DNA of 63,971 bases, taken from assembly GCA_051294375.1 (NCBI GenBank), contig CM119270.1, positions 21,943,926 to 22,007,896 of the forward strand, given 5' to 3'. Source of the stretch: Paraspadella gotoi (lineage: Eukaryota > Animalia > Chaetognatha). Below the pieces are notes generated by a model. The model made no database searches. It was not told the origin of the DNA and saw nothing but the letters and a program-made list of their open reading frames with translations. Below, one piece after another: positions 1 through 12,110 of the stretch. Numbering within the stretch: position 1 is the first letter of the stretch; every line of letters starts with the position of its first letter. The position numbers and the translations under genes are program-made.

Positions 1-234
1 CTTTCTTTCTTTCCACAGAAAATAATTTCCTTAAAACGTGAAGAATCTTTGTTTTCGGTTTTTAAATGTTTTTCCCTCTCTCTCTCTCTATCTCTCTCTC
101 TCTCTCGTCTCATGTTTGTTTTCATTTCTTATCTTCGCAAAACACGTTTATTCGTTTTGTTTCTTTCTTATGTTTTTTTTTTATCCATGAGAAAATTTCA
201 CATATTGTATTTGAAATTTTCATGAAAGAAGAAT

Positions 235-470
235 CGTAATAGAAGAGAGGAGATGGGATAGAAAGGATAGAAAAAGGATAGAATAAAGAAGAGAAGAGAC
301 GGGATAGAAAGGATAGAAAAAGGATAGAATAAAGAAGAGAAGATATGGGATAGAAAGGATAGAAAAACGATAGAATAAAGAACAGAATAGATGGGATAGA
401 AGGGATAGAAAAGAATAGAATAAAAAAGAGAAAAGATGGGATAGAAAGAATAAAAAAAGGAGAGAATAGA
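235..470. repeat. ~46-bp purine-rich minisatellite
   Basis: GGGATAGAAAGGATAGAAAAAGGATAGAATAAAGAAGAGAAGA(G/T)A, about 5 copies. Confidence 0.8.
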
Positions 471-708
471 GAACAAACAGACCGACCAAAAATATGATTT
501 TGAGTTAGTCTTAAATAGAGTAAAAGAGGATTTTAAATTAATAAAGAAAAAAAAATGAATGAATAGAAAGATAAATTATATACAAACATATTAAACATAA
601 TATAGATATATAACTAGAAGAAGAAAAACATACTTAAAATAGTTAATAAAAATCACACATATATATATATATAAATACAATGAGATATATATTACAAATG
701 TAGTTTAC

Positions 709-877
709 CTTTAACGCAGACGTATTCCACTTGGAGATAAGCTCGCCACCAGAGGCCACATTTGTCTGCAACTCGTTCAACCGGCGCCACTTTGACGCCA
801 CAACGAGTCAGACCATTGCATTGCGTCGGCACCGTGGCGTTTATGGTGCAATCGCCCATCAAGAACATGCAGCCGTG
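709..877 (-). CDS. Internal exon, C-terminal half of a SUEL/Gal_Lectin (rhamnose-binding lectin)-like domain
   Basis: Minus strand cag|CAC...AAA G|gtaaac. Translation HGCMFLMGDCTINATVPTQCNGLTRCGVKVAPVERVADKCGLWWRAYLQVEYVCVK fits the SUEL C-terminal pattern CxGxxxC...C...YLxVxYxC. GC-rich island in an AT-rich background; phase 0 in, phase 1 out. The acceptor CAG (878-880) abuts the N gap, so the exon start could lie in the gap. Confidence 0.8.
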
Positions 878-1729
878 CTGNNNNNNNNNNNNNNNNNNNN
901 NNNNNNNNNNNNNNNNNNNNNNNNNNNNNNNNNNNNNNNNNNNNNNNNNNNNNNNNNNNNNNNNNNNNNNNNNNNNNNNNNNNNNNNNNNNNNNNNNNNN
1001 NNNNNNNNNNNNNNNNNNNNNNNNAGAGAGAGAGAGAGAGAGAGACAGAGAGAGTATTTTGTTTTTATTTTTCTTTGTTCGGTTTTTTTACTCTGACTCA
1101 AAAAGTTAGAACAAAAAGTTGACCTCGGATTCGTCAACTGGACTGTCATTACCTACATGTCATTACTGACATGTCATTACTGACATGCAAGCCATGAACG
1201 AAAATATTATCTCTTTAAGTTTACAGTCGGCAGCTTCACTTAAGTATAAGGTCAGCAAATATGAATGTCAATTATCTATAATAATATTTTTTAAAAAAAT
1301 CGGTATTTTTTTTAAAGATAAAGACATTTTAATAACGTTGTCATCAAATTTATCATCAAAATGTCACTAAACTTGTCATCATTCGATTGACATCAAAAGA
1401 TGAATAAGTTTCTTCTTCTTTCTCCTCAACGATTCTTTGACTTCCTCCTCCTCCTCCTCCTCCTCCTCCTCATTCTTTCAGTTTCGCTTTGGTTTATTTG
1501 TTGGCGTCAAAAATCGAAAATTGGAGGCGAAACATCATAAAAAAAAGAAAAAAAATGAAAAAAATGAAAAAAATGAAAGAAAAGAAAAAAATAGGAAAAA
1601 ATGAGAAAAAAGACAAAAATTGGGAAAAAGGAAAGAGAGGGAAGGAAAAATAAAAAAAAAGATAAAATGAAAGAAATGGGAGTAAATAAAAAAGGAAGAG
1701 AACAAAGCTGCACCTAAGTTGAAATAGAG

Positions 1730-1770
<41 letters not shown>

Positions 1771-2531
1771 GTCAGCCCCCGTTTCGGTCCAGCAAACTCA
1801 CTTTCTTATTCTATTAAACATTAACAACATTTGGTGACGCGCCAGGCCGAGGAGAAGGAAGAGGAATTCAGCCGGAAATTTATGTCAGTACCGAATATAT
1901 CACAGACGACCGACCATCACATATATCATAGAATATGACTTTTATCGTCTTGGACTATGAAACACACACAAAAAAAAAATTCTGTATTTATTTTAATTGT
2001 TTAACTTTTTTTAATTATCATAATTTTCATAAAAGTCTTATTTTACTATTTTACTATTTTTTACTCACTCTCTCTCTCTATCTCTCCCTCTCTGATAAGT
2101 TATATGTATTATATTCATATATTTATTCATATTAGGTTAACAGGTCAGAACATCAAATATGATAAATAAAAAAAAAAAACCGATGTCCGTCCGTTCGTCC
2201 GTATGTCATTCCCCCCCCAAGTACTCATGAGACAATTAACTTAAAATTTGGTCTTAGTGAATATGTGTTTGAGCTGGAAATCAAGTTTCGATGGAATCGT
2301 CTAAGTTGAAATGAGCTTAAATGGAAATAGGAAAATAATTAATGAATTTGATGAATTAAAAACAACAAAATCAACAAGGTAACAACAACATCAACCACAT
2401 CATCCACAAAAACAACAAAATCAACAAGGCAACAACAACAACCACATCATCCACAAAAGCAACAACATCAACAAAGCAACAACAACATCTACAACAACAA
2501 CCACAACAGCACTTCCGGCCTTTTCTCTCAC

Positions 2532-2662
2532 TTGATTAGCGTGGAGGGCGTTCCCTCCGTAGAAAGCCTGACGAGCGCGGATCGTGTGTCCGACTTGACA
2601 GGCGAGAAACATCAGGCGTGTTACTCGAGGATTGGCGCATACGCTCACCATTTTTTGTCGCT
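2532..2662 (-). CDS. Internal exon, N-terminal half of the same SUEL/Gal_Lectin-like domain
   Basis: ttctag|AG CGA...CAA|gtgaga. Translation RQKMVSVCANPRVTRLMFLACQVGHTIRARQAFYGGNALHANQ fits C...LxCxxGxxIxxxxAxYG. Phase 1 in, phase 0 out, in frame with exon 709-877, giving 8 Cys. Other exons of the gene were not found. Confidence 0.8.
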
Positions 2663-3335
2663 CTAGAATCGTGGAGGGAGGGAAAAAAGAAGAGGGGCGA
2701 GGGGGAGAGAGAATGTGTTCGTTACAGTTCTGTCTATGTCATAGATACATTGTTTTAAAAATATTATTATTCACGATTCAATTATTACCTTTTTATTAAA
2801 AATAATGAAATAGAATTATGGAAAAACATTTCAGACTCTAAATCTAGTTTACATATCTTCTTTTAATTCTTATGTTATGAAGTTTATCGGGATTTTTTTT
2901 TTTTAATATTTCCCTCCATTTTTTTTTTGCACTGTCGATCTGGATAATTATTTTGGTCATTTCGTCGCAACGAATTATCGGCCCTCCTACTGAATTCGTA
3001 TCACAGACCTTTCAGCTTATTATTTCAGCCCAATGTCGAGAATCGGAAATGAGTGTCTCTCTCTCTCTCTCTCAAAGAGAGAGATGAATATTAACTCTGG
3101 AATTTTGATTCGCTACCTAGTCATTCAATCTCTGGATGAAATCGTGCCTCCCTTTAAAAATTAGTTCTCTGGGGAATTTTGGATAATAAAACATAAAACA
3201 ATGATAAAATTTAAATGAAAAAATGAATAGAAAGCTGTATTAAAACATAAAATCAGTATAACGATATGTGGTCGGGCATTGCCTAGGTTTCAAGCCCCGC
3301 GTATAAAAGCACAATGGACATCTTGCCAAGTCGTG

Positions 3336-3580
3336 GTCCCGGTGGCTCCATTGAGAAAAGCCATCAGCGCATGACCACTAGGTACTGGGTTCAATCCCAA
3401 CCCGGTAACTACCCTGCGGGAGCGTGAGGACGGCATATAGCCACATTGCGGGCGCGGCAAATCCCTCAATAGCCTGGTTCAAAAGCCCAAAACCCCGTTC
3501 CATGGTTGATAGGAGTGGGTTAAAGAATTTGCGGATAGTCATCTTTCAGCCGCAACTTAGTACCTTAATGCACAGAATCA
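3336..3580 (+). mobile_element. tRNA-derived SINE-like element or Pol III gene (mirror ~22800-23030)
   Basis: A-box-like TGGCTCCATTGAG (3343-3355), B box GGTTCAATCCC (3388-3398), CCGG...CCGG acceptor-like ends, then a GC-rich non-tRNA body; TATAAAA at 3303-3309. 3' end uncertain. Confidence 0.55.
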
Positions 3581-5583
3581 AGGAGATCAATCTCACCAGA
3601 AATCTAACGGGATCGGAGGATCAGTCGAAATGGGCGATTTGGCTGAGGTGAAACCGGAACTCGTACCAATCAGCTCGCGAGACGAAAATGGAACTGTCCA
3701 AATCTGCCTCTCATCCTCTTTCTTATTATAAATAGACTTAAGTTCTCCTTTAGTTTAAAATGAGAATAAAAGACAAACATAACAGAGAGACGGACGACAT
3801 AGGGATTTAAAGGAATGAAGTAAGAAAAAAAAGAAAATTTAAATAAAAGAGGAAAACTAAAGAATAAAAAATAAATGGGAAAAATGTCGACGCTTATGGT
3901 TTTTTTACGTTCGTCATAACCCAAAGATGGGAGATCAGTGGTTTTAACTCTGCAAAATTCCGCCGGGAGGCTGGTGTGCAGCGAGATGAGAGAGAGAGGA
4001 TTTCAACAAAGGTCAAAGAGCGGATTGTGGAACAGAGGTTGAAAGATACAACGAAGAGAAAGATAGAGATGGGGAAGAAGGAGATAAAGAAAAAACAGGA
4101 AAAAAGTAAAGAAAGAGAAAAGAAGCGAAAAAGGAATTTTTCCAAAAAATAAAACAGCTTCTTGAAAAGTAATAACAAAAGGAAATGCTTTAAATAATTA
4201 ATAATAGCTTCTAAATAAATATAAAAAACGTTATCAAAACATGAAACAATAAAATGAAAAACTAATGGATGAAACTTTTTTTGAAAAACCATGAGAGAGA
4301 GAAGATTTTTAAACAGTTTGGGAAAAACAAGTCGGAAATGTGCTCACGCTCAGATAACCTGTAGGCAGCTGATCAGAATGATAGATTAATTAATTTAATT
4401 ATTAATTAATTATATTTAATATTAATTGTCTATATTAAATTATTATATTATTTTTTTTTCTATTTTCTTTTCCAAATATTCTATTTTAAATTTCTTTAAT
4501 TTAATTCAATTTTTCGAACTTTTATTCTTCATCTTTTTAATTTTTTCATCACCCGAATACATAATTGTTTTTTTTCATGTTTTTCATTTAAGCTCATTTT
4601 CCACTCTGACTTCATCACTTACCCTACGCATCATAACAAAATTTAAAGTTAAGAGACAGAAAGATGGACGGCGCAAATTTTTTATTTTTTTTGCTTAATT
4701 TATTAAAATTTCGATATTTCCGAAAATGATCAAGTAACTACCGACAGACCGATCAAGTGAACACCAGAGCTAATAAAATGGAAAATGGCCTCTTGGAAAA
4801 AAGGTCAAAATGGCGGGGAAAAAAAGACGGAATTGAATCGAGAGAACAAAATGGAGGTGAAAAAATGTGGCGGAATAAAAAAAGAAAAGGAGGATAAAAA
4901 GGAAAGAAAAAGAAAAGGAAGGAAAAAGAAAAAAGAGAGGAAAAGGAAAAAGAGGAAAAAAAAGGAGGAAAGAAGAGAAAAGGAAGGAAAATAAAAGGAA
5001 GTAAGAAAGTAAGAGAGAGAAGTGAAAGACGTTGTGGAAGATTTGAATGCTGGGCTGAAGCAAATGTCGACAATATCAAATTTTGGTCTCGGTTCAAGGA
5101 TAACGTGTCAAGTTGCGGGAGAAAGAAAGAGAAGAATGAAAAGGGCAAAAAGAGAGAAAGAAAGAAAAAAAGAGAGAAATAAGAAGGAAAGATAAGAGAT
5201 AAAAGAGAGAAAAAAAAGAGGAAAGAAAGAATGAAAAGGATTTTTAGGCTGAGAGTCTATTCGGCCAATCGATAATTGTATCGGTTCTGAGAAGCTAAGC
5301 ATCTTGTCACATCTGTCAGGCATCCGTCAGTGCCTAAACCATAGTGTTGCGTTTGCCCACAATCATGAATTCTTTGTCATCGTATCCTGTACCGGTTCAA
5401 AAGCCTTATGTCGGCAGTAATGATTAATGGCGAGTTGGGAGATTTTGTTAGGAAGAATTTAGCCAGAATATGTTCTCTTTTCGGCTAAATTTTGTGCACA
5501 CACAAAAGAAAGAAAATTGAATATAAAAAAAGAAAAACACAACAAAAAAATAAATTAGGAAGAGAAGAGAAGAGAGAGAGAGA

Positions 5584-5671
<88 letters not shown>

Positions 5672-6506
5672 AGAGAACGAACCAAGAACAGTAATGAAGC
5701 CCGTGCCAAATCTTAAAACAAAAGAGAGAGAGAGGAGAGAAGAGAGAGAGAGAGAGAAAATAGAGATACTGTCTTAGGGGGAAATGATAACAAACATGTT
5801 TTGAAGATCATAACAGACGAAATATAAAACTGAACGGACTTTTGGGAGAGAAGGGAAAGGAAATAAGAGAAGAGAAAAAGAGAAATAGAAAGAAAAAAAA
5901 GAAAAAAGATAAGTGAAAAAATAGAATTAGAGAATAAAAGAAAAAGGAAAAGAAGGAAAGAAAGGGAAAAAAGAAAAAAAGAAAAGTGATAAGGAAAGAA
6001 AAAATAGAAGGTCAAGACAAAAACAGGTTTAGAAAAAGAATGTTTGGTTAATAGTTTTTTTACATAAACATATAAACTTTGAATCCTTTTCGCGTTTTTA
6101 TGACAGAGAAGCGAAGTCGTGTTCAATGGTCATCAAGATGATGGTCATTGTGATTTAGTTTGTCCTCAGCCCATGGCGGGAAATGATCAACGCGACAGGC
6201 GAGGAACAGAGAAAGAGTCAATTAATGGGGAAGAAGAGAAGAAAAATAAAAACAATTATGGTCCGTTCGACGTAAAGGCACGCGATGAATGATGATGATG
6301 ATAAGATGATGATAAATGATGATGTTGATGATGAATGATGATGATGAAGATGATAATGATGAATGACGGGAATTTGATCTTAATTAAAAGATTAGTATAC
6401 ATATGGAATTGGTAAAACCATATTTTCAATCTCGAAAGAGTGTTTTTATCCAAGAAACGTAAAAGAACAAAATGGAAGAAAACAACGAACGACGACGACA
6501 GTCGCT

Positions 6507-6872
6507 AGAGTCGCCAATTGTCTTCGTCCTTTCTTTACAATAAATTCGAAGAACAAGTAGGAACATTTAATCAATAAATTGAAGATACAGAACAGAGTCG
6601 CTCTATCTATATACTATGGCAACAGCCGGGTTGCCTGTGATTGCCATTGGATAGGGCATCTCTCTGATGGGTTTGGGGGGCTTCCCGACACTCGTGAGCC
6701 TCCAGTCACTGGCGCGGTTACCCTAAAGGACGGTCTCCCGCTTTGCCAAGGCAGAGGGAAGTCGTAGGATTGTGGAATGGAACAACTAAGGCTGGGTGGT
6801 GTGTTCCGCCTCTGAGCAATGGAATTGCCTGTAAGATGGTGGACGTGAGGCGGTGTGAATATAACCGCCACA
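6507..6872 (-). mobile_element. Candidate LTR (TGT...ACA, 6872-6519) followed by a PBS-like motif (mirror 19562-19922)
   Basis: Minus strand: TGTGGCGG start, GC-rich U3-like part, TATATA, ATTAAA, ...GAAGACA, then 2 nt and TGGCGACTCT, complementary to a tRNA-Arg(UCU)-type 3' end. No gag/pol follows. Confidence 0.42.
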
Positions 6873-6917
6873 ATACTTTTATTTATATTCCTATATATAC
6901 CCTAATTAATATACCTT

Positions 6918-6949
<32 letters not shown>

Positions 6950-7694
6950 TCTCTCTCTCTCTCATCTCATCTCTCTCTCCTCTGCTCTTTCTATCTTATC
7001 TTCTCTCTCTCTCTGTCTCTCACGCTAATTCTAATTCCCGTCGACAGTTCTTTTTTTTTTTAAATCGCGTTAATTTCAAAGTTTCAATTAATTTTTTATT
7101 CTCTAAAGCAGAATAATTAGCTCACTTAAGACTTAGAAGGTGCAAACACAGCTCTATCGGACGATACCTATAGTTAGTTAATGTACCGGATAAATCACCC
7201 TGTATCGCCACTCTAGGCTAGTATATGACAATATCAGGGCCTCGCCAGCCAAACTCCAGGGTTGTAATGGACGAAATCCACCCTTTATCCGTAAGAACTA
7301 ACTATAGCTAGTGATGGAGCGGAAATGCGGCTCGTATCGAGCAGACGCTAAAGAGCTAGAGTCCGGAAAAAATCACAGGGCCGCGACCGCTATAAGATAG
7401 AGGCATGATGAGAATTCACAGGCCGATCGCAGAAACAATAAAGAGTTAAGAGGAGAAGGAAATATAGGCTCTACGAGGCGAGACACAAGAGTTAAGAGAT
7501 GATGACGGAATTCCAGGCTCCACGAGCAGAAGCTCCTAGCCGTGCTGGCTTGCCCTAGTAAAACAAAGGGAAGTGAGGCAGCAGGGGGAAGAAGAGAGAG
7601 AGAGGAGAGAGGGAGAGAGAAGGAGAGAGAGAGAAGAGAGAGAGAGAGAAGGAGGGGAAAAGAGTATAAAAAAGTCAGAAATCGACGAAAAAAA

Positions 7695-7744
<50 letters not shown>

Positions 7745-9120
7745 AGAAAGAGAGAGAGAGAAGAGAGAGACGGAGAGGAGGCAACAATCGTAGGTTGAAT
7801 GAATTCGAACGCCAATAAACAAAAAAATGAAATAGAAAATGAAAATTTTTTAAAATATCCGAATTTCGCGAAATTCGAATTCAACGTCCTTCGGATTCTC
7901 TTTTTATTTCCTTCCTTGTCGCATCTTGATTTTTTAATTGCTCTGTTGCTTTTGTTTCCATATTTTTCCCTTTTTTTAAAATCCGTGGTTCATTAACCTT
8001 TTATTACATTAAAATTAAAAAAACTAAATATTTACTACTTTCTTATAAATATTCGATAACGTGGGCAGACGGTGAAATGCAAGTTAAATTTAAAGGAATT
8101 TCCCCATTGCTGTTCGCTTTATTCCAGAAATTAATTTTAAACTTGCATATCTAACCCAAAATATGGTCCTAAAACTTATAAACTATCGCAACCGCGTAAT
8201 CCCTAACCTTAACATATTAATTAAACTTACCCTAACCAAATCTCTACAATAATTACATAACATATCTTTGAAATAATAATACCAACTCATTGATAGGGAG
8301 CCAGGTTCACTTGGAGTGAATAAATGTAAGACTGTGAGAGAGTCTTGATTGAAAAGCTTGCCAGAAACCCTGCTATGTTATTATCTTGTAAGTGTGTGAT
8401 GGAGGCTTAAACGCACCAAAGCATGTCCAAAGTCAGGGGACAAGAATAGCTTTATTTAATTAAAATGAATGGATAATTTTTATATTGGTTGTACCTAAAT
8501 TTCATAATTACCAACCAAGTTCGTCTAAGCGCATGATCATTAAATTATTTACTTAACTCTAGCCTCTAAGTTACCTAATCTTTAACCTAAATATTTAACT
8601 AAAACAAGAAACGGTAATTCAAATATATTGCGGCCGCAGTACTGCCAAACTCAGCGTGTAATTTTTTTATGACAATGTTAAAACATGTAATGACATGAAC
8701 ATGACATGACTACATGACTCAATAACTTTCTGAGCCATATATTTATGACACCACTGCATCGGAATACTGTCTTTTGTTTTTTTATAGTTTTAGAATTTTC
8801 TTAGGCGGCGCTAAGTAGTCCACTTAAATTTGAGGATTTCCAGGTTCTTAACAAATGATCATTGAGCAACCAACTATGTGGCAATAGGGTGAAGTGAAAG
8901 TTTGGAATTGAAATTTTAGCAGTTATACTCTGAAAACTATCATATTTGTGAATATTAATCTGGTAAGTTATTTTTTCTTTTTTATAAATATAGTAGCCCC
9001 AGTCAGCTTAATTTTGTATATAGTACTACCCTTAAGGAATAACAGTTTAAATGTGGCAACGAATTTTATTGACAAGTAAAGTCGGACATGTTTCGAGCTG
9101 CTGTAGTTTATGAAGCGCTT

Positions 9121-11160
9121 CATGACTACAAGTCCAAGGGTGCTCAAAATGTCTATCGGAAACAAGGAAACATATAAGCATTGGACAAGGATCCTACTCT
9201 CGCTTACAGAGGAAAGATCCCAGACGGTGACAAGTAAAATCGTGAATACTGTTTCCCGGCAGTATTTCACAGAGTCAAATCCTGACTCAACGCAGCCCCG
9301 CCACTTTTCTTCGGTCAAGCCCGAAGGTTCATAAAGCCCGATTTAACCGTTAAACGCCCTATCGTAATCGGCCCGCATTTCCATTTTTAATGGAAATGAC
9401 GAAGAAGTTGGGAAAGAATTCTCACTCCATCTCGTCGGAAACCCACACCACCTCAGAAATTCTCTCGATCTGACGGCGGAAAAAACTGGCAGCACATCAA
9501 AGTGCCTGATACTTGCATCTCTTGGTCTCGTGCGACTTACAAAGTATGTTTACAAATATCCCTCAGGGACTGGCGTTAGCCTCCCGCAGACCGCTGAAGG
9601 GAGACCGGCTGTTTGCACAGACGCGTACGCCAAATCCCAATTGAATGAATATTATGGCATTTGCTGGCGGCTCGACCTGGAACTGGCGTACTTCAAGTTC
9701 GACTGGCAACAGGTATCACCTGATGAGCCCAGCCATGCTGGCTCTTTAGGAGATCGGCTGCGCAAATCGAACGCTCAAAGTCCATCTGGCAAATTTAGTT
9801 ACTTAAGTGTCATGGGCATCGTATTTCCGTAGAGAGAGGCAGCTTGGAGTTCCAATTTTCGCGATCATCTGGCATGGGGCAGATGTTGCAGGATTCCTCT
9901 TTTCTGGTATACAGATACCGTGAAATGGCGGATGGATACTATTACTGTGCCGTGAGAAGGGAATCTCGTTGCATACGGACCCGCCTACTTGTCCCACGCT
10001 GAAAGGCATTGAAAGCGAAGCATAACGGCCAATGGAACGATGCGCGAGATAAAGGAGGTGGAATGGCGAAATTCCAACTGCTCGATGTGCTTGTAAGGAA
10101 CAGCGAGAGAAGGCGCGGCTCATTGAATTTCTGGTCTATCAAGCAAACGCAACGCAGCACTGATCAAATACATTCCCTTCGATCGCATGCTACTTGTGCG
10201 CTGGACAAAAGCTCGCCTACGGTCAGGAATCCCTTAACCCAGACAGAGCTATTCTGGATTCCGCTGCTGACCGCCCGGAAGCACTCCAGGCCGCGCAGAG
10301 CTCTGGAGCTCATATGTCAAAAGAGCCCTGGCTCGCCTCAACATGGTTAGCCATATAGCCCTCTGTGGGATTCTCAGAGTAGGCAAGTAGCTTCCCGGAC
10401 CTCAGAACCGTCGCATGGAGGGCAGTGAGAGCCACTCACAAGGGGCTGCCCCAATAGTAGCACGCTAAACCGCCAGGTTCAATACCTCGCCGCCCCCCCA
10501 GGGGTAGGGGACGAACCGAGGCCTTGCTGGCTGGAAAGGACCCAGATCCGCGACCAGCGCCACCCAACAGCGGCAAGTGGCGGCAGATAAGCAGAATGCG
10601 CCTAAGAAACGTGGTCATGTTCTCCAGCTCGCCCACCACCAGGGGATCACTGAAGCATCTGGTGGCGGGTGCTAAGCAAAAAGCACAGGGATCTCCAGCT
10701 CAGGTCTGCACGGACCAAGACCGCGGAGCTCTCGTCCTATCCGTGAAGCATTTGGTGAAACCGAAAGACAAAAATTCCGCGCAGACCGAAAACATCAGGA
10801 GCCGTCTACTGGAGCGCCTGTGCCGGCGCGGGCAAACCAACCCTGCAACAGCAGCATATGTGGGCGAGACAGAGCAAATCCTTCTAGCAGATCGGTTTCA
10901 AGCACACACAGAAGCCTTATCGTGACTCACAGTGGTCACTTTCTATTTTCGGCTAAATTTGCCGAGCACAACGGCATCAATAAGGCATGCTGTTTAAGAG
11001 AGACTGACTGTCTCGTTGCTGCTGCCCATGACCAAAACCTGGTTTTCAAAGAGGATATTAGAGAGGCCAATTTGACATCACAAACAGCCCTCGGAGCCCT
11101 CTGCTGACCGTGATGGAGGAACGAATCGAACTCACCTCCAAGCTATGAATCGCTTATAAA
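9121..11160 (+). pseudogene. Frameshifted PLE ORF: reverse transcriptase + GIY-YIG endonuclease
   Basis: Motif fragments across frames: DKDPT (~9184), KVHK..RPIV (9324-9366), HLRNSLDL (~9449), LVSCDLQSMFTNIP (~9520-9563, RT motif A), YFKFD (~9689), degenerate W.RYVDD region (~9905-9945), LLDVLV (~10078), HLVKPKDK (~10750), GAVYW..C..CNS/YVGETE..RFQAH (10798-10908), REA (~11060), DRDGG (~11107). Many frameshifts may be read errors. Confidence 0.85.
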
Positions 11161-12049
11161 ATGGTGGTGGAACGCAGCCAGAGCCACCCCAACCGCACAA
11201 TGATCCTACTGTGCCCAACTCAACGGGCCAGCGCGGAAGGCCTTCAGTCAGGTCAATGGATGTCCGATAACCTCTCTCTGAGCCTGTTGCAGACTCGGGT
11301 ACGCACTCTGCCTCGCACCGAGCGTGGCGCCTCAAACGAACGCTTGGCAGGAGGAGAGAGAGGAGTCTCGTGTCTCCTGTATCAAAAACAGGCAAGAAAA
11401 CAGGCAACCGCCTGCCTCACCGTCAGGTGAGAGGAGGCCGTCGGTCAGGCTTATCAGCCAAAGAATATAGCCAGTGGCACTTTGGCCATTTTGTTTTCCC
11501 AGTGGAAACCCTTACCAGACCCCAGAACTGTCCACGCTCTAACAAATATCCATCCTCTCAAACATATGAACAGGCCAATGACCCGATCTTAATCAGTCAA
11601 ACGTCCTCATTTGCCCGGCCGGGGGGGGCCAGCTCATTTATTTGAGTGCTTTCTTTTACTTAAAACTTTCACTACTCTTTACTTACCCTATCCCTAACCA
11701 CTTATTCCGTTCCATTTCAATTTCACTTCATTTACTATTATTTTCATTGTTTGTTAATAGTAGTATTAACTTAGTTAAATCTTTAAGTTTACTTATTTTA
11801 TTCTTATTTTCTCTGGTTGTAACATTACTAACATGTATTATTTCAATTTGTGTCTCTCTCTCTCTCTCTCTCTCCTCTCTCTTTTTCATTTTCACAATCT
11901 TACTTCCTACTTCCCCTGTCCTTAACCAATTGAACTGTCCTCACATCTGACCAACTTTCTCACTCAATTCTTTGTTGGAATCTCCCTCTCTCTCTGTCTC
12001 TCTCTCTCTCACCACTCAACTTTCACAGAGAACAATTGGTTGTGAAAAA

Positions 12050-12110
12050 ATCACTTGCTGATGAAGACGTCTAACTCTATAAGGAAGTCCCGAAACATGT
12101 GCCGAACCTT
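12050..12110 (+). ncRNA. Minimal type I hammerhead ribozyme motif in the PLE 3' pLTR (noisy copy)
   Basis: CTGATGA (12058-12064), AGAC...GTC stem II, GAAACATGT (12092-12100) with palindromic ACATGT helix III, as known for PLE hammerheads. Mirror at ~14866-14926 (-); truncated inverted copies at 9085-9123 (-) and 17853-17891 (+). Confidence 0.7.

Noticed and set aside
3336-3410. Functional tRNA gene
   Set aside because: D and anticodon arms do not fold convincingly and there is no adjacent poly-T terminator; treated as a SINE head.
6620-6872. Possible 7SL/SRP or RNase P RNA (GCCGGG start, ~260 nt GC-rich)
   Set aside because: No SRP helix-8 motif or RNase P CR-I/CR-V pair recognisable; the minus-strand LTR reading fits better.
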